A stretch of 64,000 nt of DNA from an uncultured Candidatus Binatia bacterium (lineage in GTDB: Bacteria; Desulfobacterota; Binatia; UBA9968; JAJDTQ01), in the NCBI GenBank assembly GCA_965213675.1, contig OZ243916.1:1632001-1696000 (forward strand), read 5' to 3'. A program made the position numbers and the translations under genes. The notes under the pieces were generated by a model. The model was not told where the DNA came from. It did not search any database and worked only from the letters and a program-made list of their open reading frames with translations. Below are positions 1 through 8,412 of this stretch, piece after piece. Every line of letters begins with the position of its first letter. The first letter of the stretch is position 1.

Positions 1-1
1 G

Positions 2-1141
2 GGGAGATACGCCATCGTCGGCGTGGGCGAGACCCAGGTGGGGAAGCGGCCCGAAGCCACCACCAACTCGCTGCACCTTGAAGCGATCCGCCTGTGCCTG
101 GACGACGCCGGCATCGACGCGTCCCAGGTAGACGGTTTTCTCACCAACCAGCCACTGACCGACGCCCACCGGAGCTACGCCGTGCGGCTGGCGCACATGG
201 CGGGCATCGATCCCAACTACGCCACCGATCTGGCCCTCGGCGGCGCCACCCCCATCGCCATGATCCAGAACGCGGTGATGGCCATCGAAGCGGGTATGGC
301 GAACTACGTGGTGTGCGTGCACGCGCGCAAGCGGGCGACGCCGGATCCCACGCCAGGCTATCCCATCCGCAGCGGCGACGAGCACTGGGAGCAGCCCTGG
401 GGGCATTTTTCCGCGGTGGCCAACCACGCCTTCGCGGCCACGCGCCACATGCACGAGTTCGGCACCACCAGCGAGGACCTGGGGCAGGTGGCCGTGTCCA
501 CGCGCAAGCATGCCTGCATGAACAAGAACGCCGCCATGCAGAAGCCCATGACCATCGAGGACCATCAGAACTCGCGCCTGATCGTGGAGCCGCTGCACCT
601 GTTCGACTGTTCGCTGGAGTCGGACGGTGGGGCGGCGCTGCTGGTGACCAGCATGGAGCGCGCCCGGGACCTCCCGAAGAAGCCCGTCCAGGTGCTGGGC
701 ATGGGACAGCACCACCCGCACTCCAGTGTCATGGACGCGCCCACCTTGACCACTCTGGGGAGCCGGAAGTCCTCCGAGGCCGCCTACCGCATGGCCGGGC
801 TCGGCCCCAAGGACATGGCCTTCGCGCAAATCTACGACTGTTTCACCATCACTACGCTTATCACCATCGAGGACTACGGCTTCTGCGGCAAGGGCGAGGG
901 CAAGGACTTCGTGAAGGACGGGCGCATCGAAGTGGGCGGCGAGATCCCCGTGAACACCCACGGCGGACTGCTGTCCCAGGCCCATCTCGAGGGCATCATG
1001 CACGTCACCGAGGGCGTCAAGCAGTTGCGCGGCAACGAAGTGGAACCGGAGCGGCAGGTGCAGGGCGCCAAGGCCGGCATCATCAGCGGGCACGGCGGCA
1101 GCCTGTGCATGCACGCATCACTCGTACTGGGGGTACAATGA
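2..1141 (+). CDS. Thiolase family protein (SCP-x/non-specific lipid transfer type), 5'-truncated by window edge
   Basis: Frame reads GRYAIVGVGET...; motifs CSLESDGGAA, QIYDCFT and VNTHGGLLS; followed by a DUF35 partner. Confidence 0.9.
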   Translation, partial: GRYAIVGVGETQVGKRPEATTNSLHLEAIRLCLDDAGIDASQVDGFLTNQPLTDAHRSYAVRLAHMAGIDPNYATDLALGGATPIAMIQNAVMAIEAGMANYVVCVHARKRATPDPTPGYPIRSGDEHWEQPWGHFSAVANHAFAATRHMHEFGTTSEDLGQVAVSTRKHACMNKNAAMQKPMTIEDHQNSRLIVEPLHLFDCSLESDGGAALLVTSMERARDLPKKPVQVLGMGQHHPHSSVMDAPTLTTLGSRKSSEAAYRMAGLGPKDMAFAQIYDCFTITTLITIEDYGFCGKGEGKDFVKDGRIEVGGEIPVNTHGGLLSQAHLEGIMHVTEGVKQLRGNEVEPERQVQGAKAGIISGHGGSLCMHASLVLGVQ

Positions 1142-1581
1142 GCAAGTCCGAAGCACACGACAAGCGCGGGCGGGCGGCGCCGCGCAATCAGCCGTTTCTT
1201 GCGGAAGTGGAGGCCAAACCCTTCTGGGACAACCTCAAGGAGCACAAGCTCACCGTGCAGCGCTGCAACGCGTGCAGCACCTACTTCCACTTCCCGCCCC
1301 AGGCCATGTGCGCCAAATGCTTGTCGTCGGACAACGAGTGGGTGCCGGCGAGCGGCAAGGGCACCATCTACTCCTTCGTCACCTATCACCGGGCGTGGCA
1401 TCCGGCCTACCAGGACCAGATCCCGTACAACGTCTCGCTCGTGGACCTGGACGAGGGGCCGCGGCTCGTGAGCAACGTCATCGACATCCCGCCAGAGGAC
1501 GTGAAGGTGGGGATGCCGGTGGAGGTGGTGTACGAGGACCACGAGGAGTACACACTGCCGAAGTTCAAGCCGAGCGCATAG
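1138..1581 (+). CDS. DUF35 Zn-ribbon/OB-fold protein
   Basis: ATGA overlap with thiolase; CxxC...CxxC, SGKGTIYSF, LDEGPRLVSN. Confidence 0.9.
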   Translation: MSKSEAHDKRGRAAPRNQPFLAEVEAKPFWDNLKEHKLTVQRCNACSTYFHFPPQAMCAKCLSSDNEWVPASGKGTIYSFVTYHRAWHPAYQDQIPYNVSLVDLDEGPRLVSNVIDIPPEDVKVGMPVEVVYEDHEEYTLPKFKPSA

Positions 1582-1624
1582 GCAAATGGCGTTTCATTGA
1601 TCGAAGCGGCGATGGCCCCTGTTC

Positions 1625-1732
1625 CGTCATCCCGCGTCCCTCTCCGTCATTACAGAGAAAGCGGGTCCAGGGGGCCGACTCGGCGGTGAAGCCCGTCATC
1701 ACGCCGTCACCCCGGCATTCGTGGGAATGACC
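1625..1732. repeat. Degenerate cluster of CGTCAT(T/C)CCCGC-type REP-like repeats
   Basis: Several cgtcat... units and a closing gggaatgac inverted copy in the intergenic region. Confidence 0.5.
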
Positions 1733-1773
1733 GGGAAACCGATCAATTGGCGATCAGCCGCCAGGAGTGAACC

Positions 1774-3138
1774 ATGGCCTACACCGCCCAAGGGCGCACC
1801 AAGGACTTTCCGGTCTTCGACTGCGACAGCCACATCCACGAACCCCGGGAAGTCTGGGACGAGTACATTCCGGAGAAGCAGCGGGCGTTCGCCAAACAGC
1901 ACTTCTACCGGGACATGGACCGGCTCGTGATGGTCGTGAACGGCCAGGTGAGCTACGGCAACCCCAAGACCTACGCCTATCCGGGACAAGGCTGGCACCC
2001 CGGCATGAACAAGAAGATCCTGGGCTCCATCGCGCCCGACGATCCCCGGTGGGACCAGGAAATCGGCCGCAACGCCAGCCAGCGGGATCCCCACGTCCGC
2101 CTCAGGGACATGGACGCGTCGGGCATCGACCAGGTGATGGTGTTCCCGTCCACCTTCGTGCGCATGCCGCTGGTGAAGAACCCGGACGCCGCCCGGATAT
2201 GCGCCGCCGCCTACAACGACTGGGTCAACGACTACTGCGCCGCCGACCGCAAGCGCCTCTATCCCTGCGCCGTGCTGCCCGTCCAGGATGTGGACTACGC
2301 GGTCCAGGAGTTGCGCCGAGTGGCCAGGCTGGGGTTCAAGTCGGCGGTGGTGCGGCCCGTGCTGGTCAACGACCGGTACCCCACCTTCCCGGAGTTCGAC
2401 CCCTTGTGGAAGGAGTTCGAGGAGCTGGGACTGGCCTTGGGAATGCACACGTTCCCGTCCGGCGGCGAGGCCGTCACCGAAGCCATGGCGGAGCGCATGT
2501 CGGCCGGCACCCAAGGCAAGAGCAGCGCCAAGCGCTCCCCTTTCACCGCCCACGACGTCTACGTCTACTCCCCGGGGCAGTTCGTGGAGAACATCATGCG
2601 CAGCATGGGGTCGGTGCAGCCGGGCTCCGAGTCCCTGAGCTTCATCAGCGAGGCTCAGACCTGGACCATGGTCGTGATGCTCACGGGCTGGCTGGAAAAG
2701 TTCCCCAAGCTCAGGGTGGCCATCCTGGAATCCAACTCGAGCTGGCTGCCGCTGATCCTGGAGAAGGCCGAGACCTACCTCGACCTTTACCGCTTCGTCC
2801 GGGAACAAGCCGTGCCACCGCAGAAGGTCGGCGACCCGCGGGAGACCTTCGCCCGGCAGTGCTTCATTGCCTTCGAGAGCGACGAGGACATCACCCTACG
2901 CCTCTGGGACATCTTCGAGAACATCGCCCTGTGGTCGTCCGACATGCCGCACCACGACGCCTCGGACACTTGGGAAGCCGTCGACAACATGGACAAGCAC
3001 GGCGTGCCCCGGGAGGTGCAGGAAAAGATGCTGGGCGGCAACGCCCGGCGCCTCTACGGCATCGAGCCCGAGTTGTTCGTGACCGAGGCGCCGGCGGAGT
3101 ACACGCCGACCAACATCGTGCCGCGCTACGCGGGGTAG
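1774..3138 (+). CDS. Amidohydrolase family 2 protein
   Basis: DCDSHIHE, LGMH and WSSDMPHHD metal-binding motifs; GGAG RBS. Confidence 0.9.
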   Translation: MAYTAQGRTKDFPVFDCDSHIHEPREVWDEYIPEKQRAFAKQHFYRDMDRLVMVVNGQVSYGNPKTYAYPGQGWHPGMNKKILGSIAPDDPRWDQEIGRNASQRDPHVRLRDMDASGIDQVMVFPSTFVRMPLVKNPDAARICAAAYNDWVNDYCAADRKRLYPCAVLPVQDVDYAVQELRRVARLGFKSAVVRPVLVNDRYPTFPEFDPLWKEFEELGLALGMHTFPSGGEAVTEAMAERMSAGTQGKSSAKRSPFTAHDVYVYSPGQFVENIMRSMGSVQPGSESLSFISEAQTWTMVVMLTGWLEKFPKLRVAILESNSSWLPLILEKAETYLDLYRFVREQAVPPQKVGDPRETFARQCFIAFESDEDITLRLWDIFENIALWSSDMPHHDASDTWEAVDNMDKHGVPREVQEKMLGGNARRLYGIEPELFVTEAPAEYTPTNIVPRYAG

Positions 3139-3163
3139 CCGCCGGCGTGGACGAATTTCGATT

Positions 3164-3212
3164 CGTCATTCCGGGCTTGACGCCGGATCAAGTCCGGGGC
3201 AGGCTCCGGAAT
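3164..3212. repeat. REP-like palindrome (CGTCATTCCGGGCTTGAC...CCGGAAT)
   Basis: attccgg...ccggaat inverted arms with an internal cttga/tcaag hairpin. Confidence 0.6.
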
Positions 3213-3224
3213 GCAGTAGCGGCG

Positions 3225-3427
3225 GTGGGGCGCCGCCGCTACTACGAGAGCTGGCAGAAGCACCGCCTCCCCTTCCCCCACCACGACTCCGTCCACCCCG
3301 AACGCCGCTGGGGCTCCGCCACGCCACCTACGACGACATGCTCTTCGTGAACGACTGGCCCAACTACGAAGAGGAATGGGACCGGGGCTCGCGGGAGGGG
3401 CTGAAGGCCTGCGTGACCAGCGGGTAG
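3225..3427 (+). pseudogene. Frameshifted gene remnant of unknown family
   Basis: Protein-like RRYYESWQKHRLPFPHHDSVHPERR shifts frame near 3310 into LRHATYDDMLFVNDWPNYEEEWDRG...TAG; host-like codon usage. Confidence 0.4.
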
Positions 3428-3456
3428 GACGGCATCCGAGGTCGCCCCCTTAACCC

Positions 3457-3566
3457 TTCAATCAGTCGGACCTAAATATTCAATTGGTCGGTCATAGAGC
3501 TTCAATTGGTCGTCTCTTGACTTTCCATTGGTCGGTCATTAACCTTCAATCAGTCGTATTTGTACG
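3457..3566. repeat. Tandem array of five 22-bp units, core TTCAAT(TG/CA)GTCG plus variable ~10 nt
   Basis: Units start at 3457, 3479, 3501, 3523 and 3545 (exact 22-bp period). Confidence 0.9.
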
Positions 3567-3590
3567 TCAAATAGTTGGAGAGGTGCAGAC

Positions 3591-4811
3591 GTGTATCCTC
3601 GTTTTATCGAAAACCGCGTCAATGACGCGTTGACCTATACACGGGTAGTGCTCATATCCGGCCCGCGACAGTCCGGGAAGACGACGCTGGCCAGACATAT
3701 CGCAGGCGGCAAGATCCCGTTCCTGGACCTCGATGACCAAACCACCCTGGAGACGGCCCTAGCCGATCCAGTGGGATTCATACGCGGCCTCGATCGGGCT
3801 GTTATCGACGAGGTTCAGCGTGCGCCCGACCTCCTTCTGGCCATCAAGATGACTGTCGATACCGACCCGAGGCCCGGCCGCTTTTTGCTCACCGGGTCCG
3901 CGAATCTCATGACCGTGCCACGGGTGTCCGATTCGCTTGCAGGCCGAATGAAGGTCGTGCGCCTCTTGCCCTTGGCACAGGCAGAGTTGAAAGGGAGTCC
4001 ATCCACCTTTCTCGATATGGCCTTCAAAGGCCAAGTGCCCAAGACCGGCGACGTCGTGGTCGGAACCGACTTGATCGAAGAGGTCCTTGCCGGCGGTTAT
4101 CCGGAAGCTCTTACCCACTCCCGTTGGAACACCCGGCGCGACTGGTATCTCGACTACATCGAGGCCATCGTTCAACGAGATGTCCGTGACATCGCCCAAT
4201 TTGAGAAAGTTCCGTTGATGCCGAGGCTCTTGCGCGTTCTCGCGGAGCACTCCGGACAACTCGTCAACTACTCCGGCTTCGGCGCACCGTTGGGAATGAA
4301 TCATTTCACCACCCGAAGATACACTGGATTATTCGAGAGTCTGTATCTCCTGTGCAACCTGCAACCCTGGTTCACCAATACGCTCAAGCGGCTCACCAAG
4401 ACACCGAAGCTGCACTTCCTCGATGCAGGACTGCTTGCGGCCTTAAGGGACATCACCCCCGCCCGCGTGAAGAAAGACAGGGCGCTGTTCGGACCGGTCC
4501 TGGAGACTTTCGTTCTTGCTGAGTTGCTGAAACTGGCCAATTGGTCGGACGACCGGTACGACTTCTCGCATTTCCGAGACAAGGAGCGGAAAAAGGTCGA
4601 TATCGTCATGGAGGACCGTCGCGGCCGCGTCGTGGGAATCGCGGTCAAGGCCTCCGCCACCGTGACCGCCCGGGACTTCGCCGGCCTCCGCTGCCTGTCG
4701 GAAGCCTGCGGCGACCGGTTCGTGCTGGGGCTGGTCCTCCACGACCACGAACATGTCGTGCCCTTCGGCGAGCGCTTGGTCGCCGCACCGATCTCTGCGC
4801 TGTGGTCGTGA
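3591..4811 (+). CDS. AAA_14 ATPase with DUF4143 (PD-(D/E)XK-like) C-terminal domain
   Basis: GPRQSGKTT Walker A, IDEVQR Walker B, LLTGSAN, KTPKLHFLDAGL. Confidence 0.9.
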   Translation: MYPRFIENRVNDALTYTRVVLISGPRQSGKTTLARHIAGGKIPFLDLDDQTTLETALADPVGFIRGLDRAVIDEVQRAPDLLLAIKMTVDTDPRPGRFLLTGSANLMTVPRVSDSLAGRMKVVRLLPLAQAELKGSPSTFLDMAFKGQVPKTGDVVVGTDLIEEVLAGGYPEALTHSRWNTRRDWYLDYIEAIVQRDVRDIAQFEKVPLMPRLLRVLAEHSGQLVNYSGFGAPLGMNHFTTRRYTGLFESLYLLCNLQPWFTNTLKRLTKTPKLHFLDAGLLAALRDITPARVKKDRALFGPVLETFVLAELLKLANWSDDRYDFSHFRDKERKKVDIVMEDRRGRVVGIAVKASATVTARDFAGLRCLSEACGDRFVLGLVLHDHEHVVPFGERLVAAPISALWS

Positions 4812-4904
4812 CCGAGCACCATGGCTCCGCACGCCTGTACCTGGCAACCGGGTGATCCCGCACCGCCCAGTAGGAAAAAACGAAGAGAGGTCACGACACT
4901 CCGA

Positions 4905-6143
4905 ATGATCAAAGGCCAGCAGCACTGGAAGTTCACTTGGTCCCGGGACGCAATACTTGCGGCCTTCCTTCTCCTCCTGACCGTCCTCTCTCTTCACGGC
5001 GCAGTGGATCTCTTCGCCTACGCTTTACTAGCCGAGACCACAGCCGAATCCCTGGGCATCTATGCCTTGTCCAGGAGCATCAATGCCGGCATTTCCGTAT
5101 TTCAGAGCACCCAATTCGGCGTGGGCATCACCGTACAGTTGGGTGAGTTGCTCGATCCAATCAACGACGCCGTCGAAAGGCTCTCTGCTATTATGGTCTG
5201 GGCCATCGGTTCGCTGTTGCTCCAGCGTTTGGTGCTTGAAGTTACCTCAACGGCGATATTTGAGTGGAGTTTCTTCTGCATCGGTGTCGCAACATCGGCG
5301 CTCCTGCTCGTCTCGGCATGGCACCGGTGCCGAGAGCTGGTTCGCATCAGGCTCCACGTCACGGAAAGCGGCCTCAACCGCTGTCGCGGCCTGCTGATTC
5401 GGGTGTTCGTCGTCGCGGCCATCATCCGCTTCATCGTCCCGGTATTCGTCATCACCAGTTCGCTGGCCTCCGAAATGTTCGTCGGGGCAACCGTCCAGGA
5501 GCAGCGCGACCGCTTGTCCGCATTCAGCGCCGACATCGGCGTGGACCCAGGCTTGCCGCTCGTCACCGATGAAGACCTTGAGAGCCAACGGGCTGAGACG
5601 TCGGCCAAGTTGGACGATTTGGAGGACTCTCTGGCGCAACACCGTCGCGAGACCCAGCACCTCGACGACCAAATCCGGAAGCTGCGCGAGGCGGTCGGCT
5701 GGTGGCGCAGTCGAGCGCCCGAGTTCCTTGGCGGTGTCCCCCCCAGCAAGGAACTGTCAGAGGCCATGGCTACACGGGAACAAATCGGCGACGCACTGGA
5801 GGGCATCCTCCAGAGACAAATCGAGCGAGGTAGGCAGGACCTTCAATGCATCGAGAGACGCCTTGCCGGCGACACTTGCGATTCGCTGTTTGACAAGTTC
5901 ACCGCCGCCGGCAAGACTCGGTACGCCCAGATGTTGACGATCGTTGACAAGTCAAGCCGAATGGTGACGAGTATCGCCCGGCTTGCGATCGCGATCGCCG
6001 TCAAGAACATTCTGTTCCCCATCGTTTTCCTGATGATCGCCCTGAAGTACGGCCTGCCCTTCATCCGGTACGCCGTACGAAAGAGCTACGCTTGGGAGCG
6101 GAACCTGAAGGAACTGCCAAATTCACTGAGGCAACTGGATTGA
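4905..6143 (+). CDS. Hypothetical membrane protein with central coiled coil (start uncertain, 4821 or 4905)
   Basis: Long ORF with several hydrophobic segments flanking a charged heptad-rich region. Confidence 0.7.
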   Translation: MIKGQQHWKFTWSRDAILAAFLLLLTVLSLHGAVDLFAYALLAETTAESLGIYALSRSINAGISVFQSTQFGVGITVQLGELLDPINDAVERLSAIMVWAIGSLLLQRLVLEVTSTAIFEWSFFCIGVATSALLLVSAWHRCRELVRIRLHVTESGLNRCRGLLIRVFVVAAIIRFIVPVFVITSSLASEMFVGATVQEQRDRLSAFSADIGVDPGLPLVTDEDLESQRAETSAKLDDLEDSLAQHRRETQHLDDQIRKLREAVGWWRSRAPEFLGGVPPSKELSEAMATREQIGDALEGILQRQIERGRQDLQCIERRLAGDTCDSLFDKFTAAGKTRYAQMLTIVDKSSRMVTSIARLAIAIAVKNILFPIVFLMIALKYGLPFIRYAVRKSYAWERNLKELPNSLRQLD

Positions 6144-6199
6144 GACACCGTCAGAGCCACAAGCCAGGACCGGCAACAAACGAGGTGAACACGGCCCCC

Positions 6200-6358
6200 C
6201 AAGGGGTACGCGAAATCGTCGAATCCGTGCGTAGAGGCCTCGCCGAAGCAAAGGTCCCAGGCAATTGCGACTTGGAGGCCCTGCTATCCGAAATGCCCTC
6301 GGATTACCAGCCCGAAGAACTCGACTGGGGGCCACCCACCGGGAAAGAAGTCTGGTAA
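6200..6358 (+). pseudogene. Antitoxin remnant (MazE/AbrB-type C-terminus)
   Basis: DLEALLSEMP...EELDWGPPTGKEVW* matches the typical MazE C-terminus; no N-terminal AbrB domain and no toxin downstream. Confidence 0.6.
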
Positions 6359-6383
6359 GCGGCCCGGTCATCAGGGCACAGCC

Positions 6384-6432
6384 ATGCCGGAAGACACGAC
6401 CACAGCACTGTTCTTTGAGTTGTTCAGTGGTT
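6384..6432 (+). pseudogene. Truncated copy of the 5' end of the methyltransferase at 10033
   Basis: MPEDTTTALFFELFSG versus MPDDTTTALFFELFSG, then similarity is lost. Confidence 0.8.
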
Positions 6433-6548
6433 GCGGTGCCAGGGACGCGGTGGTGCGCGGAGCGCGTTCCGGGCTCTCGCCCTCGTTCGGGATGTTCGAG
6501 CGCGGGACGCGCGTTCTCGGCATTAGGTGAGGGACCGACCTGCGTGGC

Positions 6549-7340
6549 CTACTTGGGCCACCACGACCCTGTCCGTCTCGTAAGTTCGGTCTCAAGTTCG
6601 CTCACAGCGAGTGACTTACGCTCCCGAGAAGCGTGGTTTCCTTCTGTTGCGACGAATTCACGCAAATGGCCGACAAGAAACTCGATGATGCGTTCCTTAT
6701 TGCAATCCGGGTTGCCCGCGCAGTAATCCGACAGTGATTTCGCCAACTTTCTGGCCGTGTTGCCCGACACATTGCCCATACATTGTTCTATCGCCCGTTC
6801 TACAAAGTGCGCATTGTAACCCCACTCGTCGGAGTAGTAAGAAACGATACCTTCCTGTTCTTCTCCGCTGATGTCTTCGTCGTCGGACTTTGCAATCCAG
6901 ATACTCAGAGGCAACATAAGCCCCAAAAGCTGATTGGCGATCACGTCCAGTGGCGTGTTGATGTATCTCGCACGCTCGACCCTGGAGTTCTTCCTTACTT
7001 TAACGAGCATCCACCTAAAGCCATAGTACACGCCTCCGGTGAGGGCACCGGCGGCGAGCATCCAGCCTATCGGCGTCGTTGCGGCAGCGCCCAAGCCAAG
7101 CCAAGCGAGAACCCCACTTGATGGAAAGAACGTCGTAGCGACAACTGAGCTCGAAGCGATTATCATTCCACCAGAGGCAGCGCCTACCGTCCCCAAAAAC
7201 AATTCCAGGTTCTCCCCGGATTTCAAGAACCTGCAGGCGTCGTCTCCAACACCGAGGTGCTCCAAGAATATTTCTTCGTTGGCAAGGATTGTGTCGGGTT
7301 GCTCCGTCATCTTGTGACGTACTCCATTTTGGTCGCTCAC
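6549..7340 (-). CDS. Hypothetical membrane-anchored protein with TerB-like C-terminal domain
   Basis: Gly/Ala-rich hydrophobic N-half; IAKSDDEDISGEE...YYSDEWGY resembles a TerB motif; lower GC. Confidence 0.55.
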   Translation of the reverse strand: MSDQNGVRHKMTEQPDTILANEEIFLEHLGVGDDACRFLKSGENLELFLGTVGAASGGMIIASSSVVATTFFPSSGVLAWLGLGAAATTPIGWMLAAGALTGGVYYGFRWMLVKVRKNSRVERARYINTPLDVIANQLLGLMLPLSIWIAKSDDEDISGEEQEGIVSYYSDEWGYNAHFVERAIEQCMGNVSGNTARKLAKSLSDYCAGNPDCNKERIIEFLVGHLREFVATEGNHASRERKSLAVSELETELTRRTGSWWPK

Positions 7341-7879
7341 GCCGCCGCATTCAACAGTGCAAGTGGCTGAAGTGCTTCCTTGGCTTCACGGCCGACAGGC
7401 TCATCCATAAGGGCTTTCAGGCCAGCATCCATTTCGTCACCCTGCTCATACTTCCTCGCGTCTTCGTTCGTGCGCTGTGACAACCGATCCTTTACCAATG
7501 CGTAAAGCAACTGGACGGCCTCGAAAAACGGGACAAGTATCGGCGCCAACCCAGGCACAACCATGGGAAGAAGTTTAATTACCAGGCACATGACAACTGC
7601 GAAAGTAAAGTTGGGGTATCGCCGACAGAGATCGAACACGATTTCAAGGATTCGTCTACCGATGTACAGCAGGGCGTTTCCGATCTTCACGGTGACGCTC
7701 ATAAGCGCATCAAGCAATACCTTGATCTCACTGGGAAGTGCCAGATTACCGATCCTCCGCCCCAGCACTCTTCGGGAAACCCTGGGTCTGGCTTCCCGAA
7801 CAACCTGATCCAATTCCTCGACCGATATTTCGAAGGCGATCCTTTCGCCGGTAGCAGGGTTGACGGCTTCAGCCAGCAT
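7337..7879 (-). CDS. Hypothetical membrane protein
   Basis: GGAGGAG RBS before ATG; GTGA overlap with the next gene; hydrophobic C-terminal segment. Confidence 0.7.
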   Translation of the reverse strand: MLAEAVNPATGERIAFEISVEELDQVVREARPRVSRRVLGRRIGNLALPSEIKVLLDALMSVTVKIGNALLYIGRRILEIVFDLCRRYPNFTFAVVMCLVIKLLPMVVPGLAPILVPFFEAVQLLYALVKDRLSQRTNEDARKYEQGDEMDAGLKALMDEPVGREAKEALQPLALLNAAA

Positions 7880-7961
7880 TGACTCCTCCACGAGCAAGGG
7901 TGCAGTGATCCACTTGGAGTGTCCATACACACACCGTCCAGGGCCGGTCAAACCGATTCTA

Positions 7962-8025
7962 CCCCAATGTTGCAAAAAAATTCGTGGAGAGCGACTCGAA
8001 ACACGGCCTACAAAGCATCATTCCC
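7962..8025 (+). repeat. Dispersed ~65-bp repeat, copy 1
   Basis: ccccaatgttg...ttcgtggagagcg..tcgaaac.cggcctacaaa...tcattccc also occurs at 37915. Confidence 0.85.
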
Positions 8026-8241
8026 CAACAACCCCCTCCTTGCACATCCCATCCCACTTGCGTTCCGATCCTCTCCTTGCCTCCAGCTTCTCCAACTTTG
8101 AGGCCTGGTGTTGCGTTCCACGTAGTTCTTTGCCGAGTTGCGCAGGATTTTGTGTGGTCGGCAAGGCGCAATAACGAGCAGTGGCAGGCACCACGCGAGG
8201 AAGACCCCGGTTCAAGCTTGCCCCGGGGCCCGGGGGTGACG

Positions 8242-8340
8242 TGAGGTGGTCCCGGTATTCTTGACGCATGCCTTTATGACGCGCCGTAGACTCCGGGTCG
8301 TTCTCGCCCAGCACGGGAAGTTCAGGATGACAAGACTCAT
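8242..8340. mobile_element. Probable IS3-family terminal remnant
   Basis: Begins TGAGGTGGTCCC, identical over 12 bp to the IS3 end at 57869. Confidence 0.45.
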
Positions 8341-8412
8341 TGGCTTGACTGGCAGGGCAGACTAGGCCAAGGTAAGTCCTGAGAAGGAACACAGCCGACC
8401 CATCGACTCGCC

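Noticed and set aside
3457-3566. 22-bp array as a CRISPR or TIGR array
   Set aside because: The core (12 nt) and variable parts (~10 nt) are far too short for CRISPR, and no cas genes are present. The two core variants do not alternate as in TIGR arrays, and no Nop-domain gene is nearby.
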